Below are positions 26,771 to 40,300 of a stretch of DNA of 64,000 nt, in pieces; the first letter of the stretch is position 1, and each line of letters begins with the position of its first letter. The position numbers were made by a program, and so were the translations under genes. The stretch is from Phoronis australis (Eukaryota; Animalia; Phoronida), in contig NMRA01000209.1 in NCBI GenBank assembly GCA_002633005.1, forward strand, positions 380,569 to 444,568, written 5' to 3'. The notes beneath the pieces were generated by a model. It worked only from the letters and a program-made list of their open reading frames with translations. It searched no databases and had not been told where the DNA came from.

Positions 26771-29700
26771 TCATGAGCTGCAGTTCATAAGTGCGTACGT
26801 TGTGTTGTCTAGGTAGCCATGCTTATCCAACGATTGTTGAAAGCACACTCTGAAATTAAAGACAACATATTTTAATTACAGACGGGTAAAAGCTATCAGT
26901 AAAAGACAACTTAACTTGCTGGATATTTATCGTGCTGTTTATACAACACAGATTTGTAAAACTTCCTGACTTATGTACAGAGCCTAGAAAATAGTCTTCA
27001 AACTCAAAATTTAACCAATCACTCTCCAGGATTCAAGTGCAAGACTAGTCTGCAAGTTTACTCCAAGCATGCACTGCAGTGGGTCAGTTTTCCACATACT
27101 GTTTTGAATGAAGTTTTAATCCTGTATTCACGACATTCAAAACAATTTTATTCTACACAATTTGAATACAAAACATGCACATGGTCACCCACCATGCTAT
27201 CACAATCTAGAACAAACCGTGCATAAGACAAAACATAATGTGTTAACAAAAGTTGGACTTCAGGCTAACCAGGGAATCGTGTTCTGTCACAAATTCTATG
27301 ACAAATTAATTAATATTTTATCAAATGATGAAACTGTTGGCAACTGCAATAATTTACAATTCCCATTATTTTTATGAAGTTTTTATTGTTTTATTCGGTA
27401 ATCTGATAAGACAATGCACAACTCTACATAATGAGCAGAGCTAGTTGTATTCTAACTAGCAGTCTCCAGCCAGGTAGAACTGAAATGTCTTCTTAGTAAT
27501 GTTTCATGGACATTTAGCCGGCACAACCAGGGTTAGAACTGAAAGTTTAATCTCACCTGTACTTTTTGAAACTTATAGCAAAACCAAGAAGCTTTACATT
27601 GACTTGACCAAATGGCTACAAGAATCAATGAGCTTGTTAAAGATTATAAGCCCATTGGCTAAACCAAAGAAAGATTTCATATTGTTTCAAATTCAAACCC
27701 TGATAGCAGCACTATTTTTAACTCAACAATGAAACATATGAAGCTCTACCTGCCATGTGGATGTAAACAGCCCAATACCACCCCTGGGTAATTGTTTCGA
27801 TGCAAATGTTTGGATGTCTAGTTCTTCCAAGTAATCTGCCAAGTTAATAGACCTGAAAACAATGAGATATTAGCAAACATAACAGTATGTGATAGCTTCT
27901 TAAGAATCCAGACATAACCCATTTACAGGGATTGTTATCCATGTAAAGATCATTGGCGGTCGGCCGGATCCAGAATTTTGAGTTGGGGGGTTAGGGCAGA
28001 GTATTAGGTAGTGTTTTGCCCATCAAACATTCACCCCCTGCCCCCTCCAACGGCCAAATGATCTCGTAGCGGTATAGGGGGCCAGGGTCATGGGCCCTTA
28101 GCTGTCCTCAGAATCCACCATTGAAGATACTGGCATGATCTTCATGAGAGGTCTTACGTAACCATAATAGTTTACAGCGAAAATAAAATTATTATCTCAT
28201 GTACAGTAAACATAAAAATACTATATCCTGTACTCCTACCAATCACTTTACTGGCTGACATTTGGAAAGATATTAAACTGAGGTTCCAAGCAAATTTCTT
28301 GAGGGAAAAGAATATGCCCCTACAGACATGGGGAGATCGTTCTAGTCAGTCCATATTCAACTCAACTCAACTCCTAGGTAAAGTTGTACACAGATTAAGT
28401 ATCACTTTCACCATGACACTGTAATATTTGATTGATTAAAACCAGTCGAACTCGCATTTAATGTGAAAAAAATTTAAGTCTGAATATGCAAACTTTGCGA
28501 CATTCTAGTATTCCACAACCCGGTAAAAATTCGAAAGCACATACTCAATCCCAAAGTCAAATCACACAGATGTTCCTTATTTGCATTGATTTATTTGGTG
28601 CAATTAGATACATGTAGGAATTATGCAAGTTTCACTGTGGGTAACAATAGTTAACATGTTGACTGGTGAGAGTTCACTTGGATGCACTGTGACCTATGCC
28701 GGGGGGATTACAGATAGGGTACTAGCAGTGGGATCGGGATGTCCTTTCGCATTCAATAACCTAGATCCTCACTGCAAACCTGAGCAAATCAGTCAAAATT
28801 GGCAATACAGTAGTTACATTGGTGATTCTTAATTTTGGGAACCTGGCACATGCACGCACCTAGGGGAGGCTCAAACGAGAGCCCCCCCCCATGCCGAAGT
28901 GGGCATGAAAACGTCAGCCTCATAGAAACAAAAAAAACTGAGAAAACGAGACACAAGTCCACTAAAAAGCTGTAATTTAGCAATGCACTGTGCACAGCTC
29001 TGAACATACAGCGTTTTTTTAGTAAAAGATCAACATGCCCAAATATTTGAGTACCCCCATATTTTAGGGTGAGTTTGTGGATGAGGCAAGTGAACCTTGC
29101 AAATTATTGACCTGTAGTGATATGAGATTTCAAAATCAGGAGCTTCCAAGAATTACTACGAACATAGACATAAGCACACACAACCAATGCCAATATACCC
29201 AACTTGGGAAATGATTACACTTTGCCTTGGTAATCCCCCCTTGCATTGATGCTCACAGACAAAACCTCAGAAGACAGAAATATAATAGAGTAATAGCCTT
29301 ATGTGAACGTAATGGCTTCCTCTGATGGACATCCAGAAGTATATTACGCGTTAGAAGTTTAGATAATTCACACACAGAATGAGTCCATGTCGGCATGTCG
29401 GTATCACAGGCGTCCTCAGCTTCTGATCGTCCTCAACACACTACATATAATACTTCAAGGTATGACACTCCCGACTAGTAATTCCACGGGTGCTTCACTT
29501 CAGCCGTCCATACCAAATATAAAACTCAATAAATTTACACAAAACAGAGGTTCAACAAACCATGAAGAATTGTTCTTTCTCCCAATACCATTCACGGTGC
29601 CCTGTTCCGGCGAATTCGTAAGAAATTCGTAGTCAAAAAACAAAATTGTTCACAAAAACCCCCACACTTTAATCGTAGGCCTCTCGAGGTCAAAGACGGT

Positions 29701-30286
29701 ACGGAAATTGCCGGTTTGTCGCGTAAAATCACGATGTCGATAACTCTATACTTAGCCGCCAGTAGAAAAACTATTGAGTACTTCCGTAACACACCGGCAA
29801 TTTCCGTACCGTCCTTGACCTCGAGCGGTCTACGATGAAAGTGTGTGGGGGCTTTTTGTGAACATTTTTAATTTGTTCTTTGACTGCAAATTTCTTGCGA
29901 AGTCGCCGGAACAGGACACCGTGAATGGTATTGGGAGAGATAACAATTCTCCATGGTTTGTAGAACCTCTGTATTGTGTAAATTTATTGAGTTTTATATT
30001 TGCTATGGACGGCTGAAGTGAAGCACCCGTGGAATTTCTAGTCGGCAGTGTCATACATGTACCTTGTAGTATTATATGTAGTGTATTGGTGATGATCAGA
30101 AGCTGAGGACGCCTGTGGTCGGTATGTGACAGCGTGACTCGTAAAAACTGAACTTAACACGTTCGTTGGAAATCACGGAACCGATTGTGGCCAATCGATT
30201 TAAGAACGCTCTCTGGCACTAACCTGACTTCCAAAAGTTCTGAAATGTCTTCTTGCTGGCTCTGGTCGTAGTAATATAAACTTCAT
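26771..30286 (-). CDS. Candidate 5-exon, 123-aa antisense ORF of unknown function inside the 6.3-kb element
   Basis: Exons 30286-30224, 28319-28252, 27852-27750, 27615-27557 and 26849-26771; all GT-AG; phases 0,2,0,2; open from ATG to TGA. No recognised homology. Confidence 0.35.
27951..28123. mobile_element. MITE with perfect 5-bp TSD
   Basis: CATTGGCGG...GGATCCAG at the left end, CAGAATCCACCATTG at the right; TSD AAGAT at 27946-27950 and 28124-28128. Confidence 0.8.
29381..30140. mobile_element. Foldback element (~345-bp inverted arms, ~60-bp spacer)
   Basis: Arms ~29381-29725 and ~29785-30140 are reverse complements, which explains the mirror ORFs 29387+ and 29830-. Termini GAGTC/GACTC. 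Confidence 0.9.
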
Positions 30287-33200
30287 TGTCGCGGGCTAGC
30301 CAACACACGACTTTTTCTTCGAAGTTGACTGTCTGTCGGTTATAAAATTCAAACAGTTGACTTCCGGTGGAAACTGTCTTACGAATACAACTCAACACAA
30401 AAGAAACTTGCACAATAACTACATGTATGTTTTTAAAGAATTGCACGAGTTCTATTGATTACATTGTACTGTCCAGGTCAGTGTCTCAGGGGAATAACAT
30501 TGGGTGCATTCTTACTGCTGTTGGTCATCGGATGTTCGTGTACATTTAAATTCTCATAGACGTGCGATAATGATTACGTAATTGCACTAATTCTGTACTG
30601 ACCAGGTTAAACGTTCGTCGTTTTATGGTTTGTATCCATATAAATGTTAAGGAAACATTCGGGCAATATTTTTATGAGATGATGGGCAAACCATAATTTT
30701 TTGTTGGAAAATAAAGGGAAAAATTTCGAACCAAAAATTAAATATCTCCCAATATTCAAATTTTAAAAACTTGAAAACGTAAATTTTCATCACATAGAAA
30801 CCTTAGAGTTTTTAGAAAATTCAAGTTTTCCGCACCTGAAAAAATCCAGTTTTCTGAAAAACTTAAGAAGTCAGGAAAACTTAAGTTTTTAAAATTACAA
30901 AAACTTAACTTTTGTGATAAACTTAAGTTATCAGAAAAACTTAAGTTTTGTTAGTACAAAAAAATAAGTTTTCATGAAAACTTAAGTTATTACTTGAAAC
31001 TTAAGTTTATTTATGAAAACTTGAGTTTTACACCTGAAAAAACTTAAGTTTTCGGAAAAACTTAACATTGTGCTGAAAAACTTAAGTTTTTGGTGAAAAA
31101 CTTAAGTTTTAAAATCTTAAGTTTCTTTTAAAAACTTAAGTTTTTCGGAAGAACTTAAGTTTTTCCTCTAACTTAAGTTTTTTCTCCAAAAGCTTAAGTT
31201 TTCAGCGAAAAATTTAAGTTCATTTTTGTAAGGGGTACCACATCTCAATTCAGAGAAACAATTTTTTGTGAAAAATAAACTTCTGGACGAATCTACCGTT
31301 GGTGCCTTCAATGTTGTTTTTGTTCTTTCTAATGTAGATTTACTGTAACAAGTCCGATGTTGTCGTATTGAATTGGTAATCTGGGATTTTCAATGCCGGT
31401 GGCTGATCCAGACTTTTTCGAATGGTGTTGGCAAATTAAATGATGTCAAGCCACTGTTTTAAATTACCATTTAAGTTTTATTAATAAGAGGTGGACTCGT
31501 CATTGTGAAGAAATGTCTTTGTTACCTTGTTCTCATTTTTTACATTTGTTTATGTTTCATTTCCTTGTTTTCTATAGATCCCCCCAATCCCCTTGCTATA
31601 GTGCACTCTCTGTTGAGTGAACTTGATGACATAATTGATAAGCCATTGTATTCTGCATACTAGTACTAGCCTAACCCTTAGTCCTACACCTGGCCTTATT
31701 GTTCACTCTTGACTTTTGTTTACAAAATAATCCAGTCCAGTCAATACCCTGATTGCTTAGTTTAATATTTAGCACAGATTCCAGTGAGTAAATTGTATTT
31801 CACTTGTTGAACCTTTTCTTACTATCATGCAGCTCTTGCTTGACAGTGAATATGTACTTTTAGCTCCTCGTTTTCGAACCAATCATTAAAGCGTTTTATG
31901 GGTTTCGGTTTCTTTTCATAAATGTTTTCCTCGTTGGTTTCTAATTCGTTCAACTCCTTCCAAAAGCTTCCATTTCTTCATAATTTTAAAACTCCTGAGT
32001 CCTGAGCATTGAGAAACACTCAACAATCCCTCTCAAAATGTTGCCCTTCCAAACAGTGATGTGACCTTCTAACTACATGATTGTAAGTTGGGGTGCACTA
32101 CTGCACGTGCATTAGGTCACCAGCACCAGAAGTTTTAAAATCACACCACCAAAACAGTGACTGTTTACATTTCAGAGAGCTCGTCTTGACAATTTCAAGA
32201 AGGTTACTATACTGCTTGACAGTTCCATTTATCTACACATTGAAGCCTGGAGAATACAGACTTGATCAGGGCTTGGGATTTTCGTCTTTTAAGAGGAATT
32301 CTTTTTGGTGTCGATTTCCTCATTCGATTTCCAGTTTCCTCTTGTTATCATGTTTTCGACTTTATTAAATGTTTAGTTCAGGTACAGGTAAATCTTACAG
32401 CAAAAATGTCTATCACACAAGCCTATTTTTGTGTATCATACATCAACTGGAAATTTCTCCTCTGTTTTTGTTATTGCTCATTCCAAGCTCTGATTATTTT
32501 TCGTGAAGTAACCAGAAAGGATTTCATAACACGCCAGTTTGTTGTGCTGGATTCTTGTTGGGTTTATCAACTGTAAACTATTATTAATAAAATATCCACG
32601 TAAGTCATTATGTATAGGAGCACAGGAAAATAGGCACATGTCTTAAGTACAAAATTCCAAACGTAATTTCGAGTTTAATTTCCTGTAAAAAGATCAATGA
32701 CAGGGCCCAGGTATCAATCCCAGTATTTTTGGCGCTTAATCATGTTTGAAAGTGTTGTACTGTGTTTGGAAAATTTGAAAAGCTCTTTTTTCTGCTCAAC
32801 AGCTTATGACCTTACTGGATTTAAGGGCCCCACCAGAGCATTTATTAGTGTGCCCTACACTCATTTCGAATGTTCTATGCATATCAAATGCTCTGAGATG
32901 CCAGGGTAGTATTCTTCATGCAGCTTTGTTGACCATTGTTGTCAGTGAGAATGTCCTACTCGCATGTATATGAATGCATAGTATATGTGCCTGGTATTCA
33001 GTGAATGACCTGGATGCTTCATGCAGCTAGGACATTCACAACTAGGGAGAACATTTTACTTTTTCTTCAGATGTGCACCTCATTCATGTACCACATCAGT
33101 ATTGCCTGTGTGGTTTAGGAAATGTGTAAGCTGCTTGTGTTGTTTCCGCATTGTTGAGCTTGAAATGCTAGTTTTGCTCCTAAAAAACTAGGGCTGTATT

Positions 33201-36200
33201 TATTGCGACATGTTACTAGTTTATTGCTTAACCAGTGTATTATTTTGAATATTCATCAAGCCTTGGATGACTGATCTTTTCAGTTTAGGATACATATTGT
33301 TTGCATCCCATCAAGTGAATTACATACTGCATTTTTATTCAGTGACTCCTGGTGTGGTTTGGAAATTGATTGTTTTTTAGGCTGCAATGCAGATTTTTAC
33401 TAAATTCTGCTATGACCCTGTCATTTCCACATGGTTGATCTTGAAAAGCAAATTCTTGTATTCATATTGTTGTCATCTTGTGAGGAGTGCAATTTATTGC
33501 GGTTTCCAGTGACTGGTTACACCAAGGATAGCAGTATTGTGCACCTACCGGTACTTTGTTCAAGCTCATGTTATATATACATGTAATTTAATCTTGATAA
33601 CTTTTCCTCTTGAAGGTAGTGATCTCAGCAGTTATATCACTTATGGTGTTTTGCTAAGTAGTAGAACCTTTTACTGCTATGACGCAAATTTTGAAGGTTC
33701 CTATGTTGTAGTTAAGCGCCACTTTAAATATTTTGCTCACCATGTGAGTTATTGTTTACATTGAGGGATTCATACAGTACTCATGGATGATCTCATCAGG
33801 GATTGCATATAACACTATTTGGGTGTTTATATTTGTTACATGTTCATTGTATAAAGTGTATTGTTCAAATTGCAGAGTTTATAATTGTTAGTTTCAAAGA
33901 TCTCGGTAGGTTATCTCAACAGTACATGTACTTAGTGCACGTTTGCTCATCCTATGAAGTGTAATATTTATACTGGAGATTTTATCACTGCTAGTGCCTT
34001 TGCCCTTTATTGCTTTTCCCGTAGTATGACCAACTGTTCATTTTAACGTTTGAAATTCTCATGTACAATATATATTACACTATTCGGAAATCTTACTGCT
34101 ATTTTCATTGCGAAAGCACTAATTTGAAGAGTGGCCTACTTGTTATGTGGAATGCACACAATGCATTGTCAAAGCGAGGTGATCGTGTGCCGCTGGGTTT
34201 TTGTTTTCTTACCGTTTGTGAACGCTATGCCTGTAACACGCATTTATTCCTAAGTTTATGCAATCATTTTGAATTACAAAACATGAAACCCAGGGAACCG
34301 GTGGGGCAGTTTAATTTGGACATCGTCAATATATACGTGACATTTGAAGTAATAGCCCGTTGTAGGGGGCCACGACCAAACATATGGGTACACATAACAT
34401 GTCTAACCACACAAAACAAGTGAAAGAGTTACTTTTTCAGGCAAGCGACTCGTGGCGCGCTTTGGTTGTTTTTGTCCGTTTTAGGTGGCAAGAGGCGCTT
34501 TTTCTTTGACGATTTCGCTGAGGTGTGTTTCAGAACATCGCACTGTAAGTCATTTTTTCTGTGCCTGTTAATTTAGGTACAGAGCAAGTGAAAAAATGGA
34601 TAAATCACGTCATTTTAAATCTGCATATCGTTCCGTTATGGCCACTTTGACTTCAATGGATTTTGGCTCCTTCAAACATTCCACCATGCTCTATTTTTTG
34701 AAGTTCGTTAACGAAATCGCGTATCAGGACTTTAAGGTTTGTGCTCTCCCTCGAATTTTAGTTGGCAATTTTGACATGAAGATGATGGTGATATTTATGC
34801 GTTCCTTGACGAGAATTCCATCAAGTCAAGTTTTGCCTAATGCAGCTTCTCATTCATTTTTATACCGTGTATGGTCGCTGGCAAAATATGATACCATCAA
34901 GACTTTAGTCTATATGTTTCCAAATTGGGTTTTTGGCCGTAACACTAGTTATAGGAATGACCGTGTAAGAGAAAACGAACATATTTGCGACGTTTCGTTT
35001 ACTCAAAGTTAATGAGCATAAACGGTCAGAAAATATTTGTTTTCTCTTTCTCGCTTATAATGGTTTTCAAGGGTTTCCGTTATTCAGTTTCGGCAAGGTC
35101 GTCGCTTTCTCGCAAAGCTACCCATTGGATGATCAACTACGCACTTATTTGTTCTTTGTTTAACGTGGATCATCGTCAATACACCTCTAAAAGTCGCGCA
35201 TCGTCTTTGCATCAGGGGTCTCACCGTTCTCTCTTCATTAAATGCAATACCTAAATCCAGTAACAAGCGAAGTATTGTGTCGCCTTCTGGCTTCTCCTCA
35301 ACGCGCATGCACAGGATGGATTGCACATGCAAGAACTCGCAAAGTACTACCTGAAGCCCGTATCTAGCAGTTTGCTTCAACAGGTGGCTTTTTGTTCAAC
35401 ACCACAAAAGCTTTCAATCTGCGGGTATATGCAGAAGACATCACACCAGTGAGGTGTCATCGAAGAGGCACTTTTTTAACTCCCAGTATCTACCCAGAAT
35501 CTGTTTTTCACATGACTGCAAATCTGGGACGCGGTTTATAGACAGCAAAGACTGGACGGAGAATGCCTTGAACATACGTTTGGCACTTGGGGCGATACTC
35601 TTTTGAAAACAACAGTCAATTGGTTTGTTTTAATATATAAGGTATCTTGAGCCTTTTTATCAATTGGTATAACCATAAAATTGTCAAAAAATAGCAAATT
35701 CTGAAAATGAAGGGATGTGTTGAAAAAGTTCGAAAATACCAATCGGTCCGAGTAAGTTTGTGTTCCATTGCTTTTCAACATGAGTTTGAGGGTCTTTTGA
35801 GTTTTATAGTTGTGCGCAACGCCCACAAATTTCCTGTCTTAACCGTAAAACATCACATTTTGCTTTATTTTGAGCAGTGATGGCTGGAATTGAAAACTAA
35901 AACGAGCAACGATTTAGTCCTTCGGACACAAAATTTTGCAGTGGATGAATAACCACAACATGAACCTAAGCCTGAGCTTTAGCTCACATTATAGCGTTTG
36001 ACCGTTGCTCCCAACTTGTTCGATTCTATAGCCCAACAACAAGTTGGGAAGTTTACCTCTGTGGCCATCATCTTACACAACTAATTAACTCACTTCTAGC
36101 ATTGGTGGTTGGAGGGCCAGCTCTCTTTTGTTCGATAATTGCTCTAACCTCCAATAAGATCATGTTAAGTTTTTGAATCACCAAAATCGCCCAACTGCAA

Positions 36201-36345
36201 CCGAAGATACGATAATCTACATGTATTCTTTCCGAATGTACCAATAGCGGAGTTGCAACGCCGCCATATTGGAAATGGGTCAGAATGTTGCATTGTGGTT
36301 AAGCCGGTAAACAAGTACGTCGGCAAGCGTGGGGGCGAACCGGCC

Positions 36346-36592
36346 ACAGGGAGGTTATACGTGTTGTGGGCCTGGCATGCTATAATATCAGTTAGCGAAA
36401 TAAAAAAAATTAGTTACTACCTGTTTCCCAAGGATCAAGAACTGCGTTAAACATGGGTCAGAGACATCGGTAGAGCTGGTAGCAAAGGCCGACTTCGTGA
36501 ATTCTTTCCGACTTCGTAGCATAAAGTGTGCAGCGCTCATTTTGAGGGCGGCAAGAAAACGTATCTTAGAAACTGCCCAACAATATCTCCCT
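36346..36592 (+). pseudogene. Degenerate THAP zinc-finger coding remnant
   Basis: GGYTCCGPG/CYN...ISYYLFPKDQELR*TWVRDIGR...PTS*HKVCSAHFEGGKKTYLRNCPTI (C2CH, FP, W and PTI box), with stops and a frameshift. Confidence 0.8.
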
Positions 36593-36874
36593 TCAAAGAA
36601 ACAGTAACAAATACTCCACGGCGGTTGGTAGTGAAAAAAAAACTTGTTTTCGCTTGACCAGAACCAAGCCAACATGAGCAATTTTGAGGATAATGCCTCT
36701 GCACAATCACCTGTTCTGGGTCGACTCACTTAACGTATGCACACTATATGCATTACGCGCTAAGATAAAGCGTGCAGATTATTATTATTTACTTTCTACA
36801 AAATTGTGGTACATTGCTATCAAAATTCGTTGTTAAATTACGATCATTTTTCATAAAATTTTGTTGAAGTTCCA

Positions 36875-37352
36875 NNNNNNNNNNNNNNNNNNNNNNNNNN
36901 NNNNNNNNNNNNNNNNNNNNNNNNNNNNNNNNNNNNNNNNNNNNNNNNNNNNNNNNNNNNNNNNNNNNNNNNNNNNNNNNNNNNNNNNNNNNNNNNNNNN
37001 NNNNNNNNNNNNNNNNNNNNNNNNNNNNNNNNNNNNNNNNNNNNNNNNNNNNNNNNNNNNNNNNNNNNNNNNNNNNNNNNNNNNNNNNNNNNNNNNNNNN
37101 NNNNNNNNNNNNNNNNNNNNNNNNNNNNNNNNNNNNNNNNNNNNNNNNNNNNNNNNNNNNNNNNNNNNNNNNNNNNNNNNNNNNNNNNNNNNNNNNNNNN
37201 NNNNNNNNNNNNNNNNNNNNNNNNNNNNNNNNNNNNNNNNNNNNNNNNNNNNNNNNNNNNNNNNNNNNNNNNNNNNNNNNNNNNNNNNNNNNNNNNNNNN
37301 NNNNNNNNNNNNNNNNNNNNNNNNNNNNNNNNNNNNNNNNNNNNNNNNNNNN
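36875..37352. other. Assembly gap (478 N)
   Basis: Run of n. Confidence 1.
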
Positions 37353-40300
37353 AGAACTGTAGGTAAGGGCATTTTTCGCATGTAGTTCATGGGCTGGGCG
37401 CTTACTTTAGCAAAGTCTGAAAACGCGTTGGGGCACTTGTTGAGCCATGGGCGCTAATTAGGGCGAATAGCGGCAGAATTACATACAGCAGCGTAGTTTA
37501 ATGCATACAAATTACACGTCGTGCAAACCAGTCGGTCATCCCGTTTACCATCAACAATCCCAGTAGCCTTTGCGCACCCTAATTTCCGGACATGCGCAAT
37601 CGTTAAATCGATTCGGTTGCAACTCCGCTATTCACCCTGGACTTGACAGTGTTCACACGTAGTCTGTGATAAGCCTGGTAACTAGTTGGCGTCCCTGTTG
37701 TCACAACAGACAAAAGACTGTGCTTGGCAGTTAACAAAGTCGTTAGATGTTATCGCACGCTCAGAATCCCCTTCGTCTGCTAAAGTAACTGAACGGAAAA
37801 CTCTGTGCATGCAGGCACCCTGGGCAGGGTCCTGATAGCCCCTTCCTAATAAAGCGGCCGGGCCCTTCCCCTTCCACCCTGAGAATGTGCCCCTTTGCTG
37901 GTAATGTGAATTGGGGCACATTCATAAAACTGACCAGCTACACCCGATGAAAGTACATTTGAATTCCTACACCACGGGTCACGGCTGTCTACCCGATTCC
38001 AACTAGACAAACAGCGGTGTGCTGGAACCGAGTCGTTATCTCGGTCGCCACTGCGGTCGGCATTTGGTTTGGAAATCTGGTCCATCTTTGGAGACTTATC
38101 CGGATTACGCTGCAGCTACATATGATATTATGCTTCCATGAAATAAGTCGTCACGGCACCTCTGTTATTACACTGAAAATGAACCTGGTTTAGTATCTCG
38201 CTCTCGTGACTGTTGAAAGCACAGTCAACTTTTTCCTGAATGCTTTTACAAAATGTGTAGTCAAGCATTCCTGAAAAAGGATCCGTCTGACATATTTGGT
38301 CTCGTTTGGAAATATGTTTGTTCGAAGTAAGCGTGAAATTCTATGTTTACTGAATGTTCGAATTGCAGTCTTCCTGTCATCAATAGTGTTTTTGCTTTCC
38401 CTGGCCAGGGACTACATTTAGTTCACAGATTGGCTTGTCGTCAAAACTCCCTTTACTTTTTGACTCGGGAGCGTTAACAAATTGGGATGTGGGTACACTT
38501 CGGATCGTCATTCTGTTGACGGGAAATTTTATGGAAGTGTAAAGAAAGCGATGCGTTTTCAAAACGACATCGGGGTCGTGTAGCATTGGTCATAGCGTAA
38601 CAATAAGAGACGACTGCGGCAAAGTGATTCCGCAAAAGGCTAGTCGATAGTCTAGAGTCAGGAGAAAGAGCCCGCAAGTCGACACTGCAGTCAGCTAAAA
38701 AGTTGCACACCAGTCGGCTATTTTGCAGACCGGTCGACGAACCGTGGCCGACCGCTCGGGAAAAAAGCGATCTGCGCTTTTCTAATGAGAACGAAAACTT
38801 TAACAAGCTGAGAACACCTACAAGGGTTGATCAACATTTTACCTAATACCCGGATCGCAATCACCATCGCAGACAGATGCTGCTGTTGGTTTGAATAATT
38901 TATTCACTGACTACCCATTACGTTACAACTGTTAGACTAATATTCATTAGGTCACGTGATGTGGCCAAAAAGATGTCGGGTTGAACGGGATAAATTGTTT
39001 GCAACATATTCCACGCCTCACTGAAATAGATTTGTGTATACAAATTCTAACTCTCAACGTTGCATTTATACTTTAGAAACCTGGAAGTACATGTACTTCC
39101 TGGGGTCTGTGTCATGAAATGTGCCTTGACCAAATTAGCCTTTTGCGTTGTAATTCTAATTGAGACGCAATTTATGCAAATTGTCAAATTAGCAATTTTG
39201 AAAACATACATACATGTAGAAACTTTTGCAGCCTTCTGAAGTGAGATTTAATCATTTTTCGGACATAGTTGCGTGGAGCTGAAAACGAAAATTCTGACTT
39301 GATCTTCACGGCAGTTTTCTATGAAACTACATGTATATATAAAGAACAAAATCATCTACATCAAATCACGTTGTTGTCTTATAGAGGCGTATTGGCACAT
39401 GCATATTAATCTGCATAAAAAACGGTGCAACCTTCAGTCAGTGCATTCTTCATGTGAAGAACATTCAGGACATGAAACATTAAATGCTTTTGGGCCGTTA
39501 GTACACAACAGAAACAAGGTTTTCTTTAAAAATGGTTTTGATGTTGAGATTAACCATCAAGACATGGATATACTTGTACATTCTATTACCACATTGTCAT
39601 GTAGTTAGTTTTTCAAGTGTGTTAAAAACGAAGACTAGTCCATTTTGCGTCTGCTCGTGTTTCTTGGTTGCTGCTGACACTATTCGCGCAATCCGTAGCA
39701 TAATGCGAAAGGTTAAACTGAAATGTGCTGACATAAATTGACTCGGGCCCTGAATCCTTCTTGCCATAATAAACTGCTTTTTTGATATGGCACATTGTTC
39801 GTCGACCTGTGACTTGACTTCAGTTGAAACTTTTAGTCTTCCGACAGCTTCACAATCCTTCTGTTGATATTGCGTCAGTTCACCGTGAAATCTGTAACGT
39901 AGCAAGCGCTCTTTGGAGCATCTAATAAACCAGCATGCGGGCTTTTGTGCGCTAAACAATTCAGCAGTCAGTGACCGAACCATGGCTTTATTATAGATTA
40001 CACAAAACCATGTTCAACACTGCGAAATTTGGCACCTAACCCCCATGACGGTATTAATTAATATCGTGATTATGTGCGGAACGTGGTGAATGCATACTCT
40101 GGCTCATTATGTTCGGTGGAAGGTGAATAAATAGTTTTTATCATGAATAAATATTCAACATGTAATAAGTGCGGTACATATGAACACACATTGATTTAAC
40201 TTTGGAGTTTAACTGCGTATTATTTTTTCACTATACAGTAAGTTCATGCTCTTACTAAAACTAAATATTTGATGTGTGACGCCAACATATACATCAGTTA

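Larger units (their letters stand above)
24907..31233. mobile_element. 6.3-kb TIR element with AACTTAAGTT subterminal arrays (CMC/EnSpm-like architecture)
   Basis: Left CCTTACAAAAATGAACTTAAGTTTT, right AAAATTTAAGTTCATTTTTGTAAGG. Arrays of palindromic AACTTAAGTT at ~24917-25250 and ~30790-31220. TSD not clear. Confidence 0.75.
36246..37629 (+). mobile_element. ISL2EU/PHIS-like DNA transposon remnant spanning the assembly gap
   Basis: Perfect TIR AGCGGAGTTGCAAC / GTTGCAACTCCGCT with AT on both sides. The paralogous empty site near 44325 (minus strand) reads GTACCAATTCA. Contains a THAP remnant. Confidence 0.75.
36001..37800 (-). repeat. Dispersed repeat family, copy B (split by the 36246-37629 insertion)
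   Basis: 36001-36243 and 37632-37800 are collinear with the reverse complement of 44160-44666, apart from an internal deletion. Confidence 0.8.

Noticed and set aside
29387-30054. Pair of similar ORFs on opposite strands
   Set aside because: Produced by the foldback arms; no protein-like features.
30790-31220. Regularly spaced palindromic repeats resembling a CRISPR array
   Set aside because: The units are ~10 bp, degenerate, separated by low-complexity linkers and mirrored at 24917-25250. The context is eukaryotic with no cas genes; these are transposon subterminal repeats.
36851-37390. Long ORFs of 174-179 aa in the ORF track
   Set aside because: Artefacts of the N gap.
22905-37800. Repeat copies A and B as the TIRs of one ~15-kb element
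   Set aside because: The copies are substantially diverged, a third independent copy exists at 44160, and no TSD was found.
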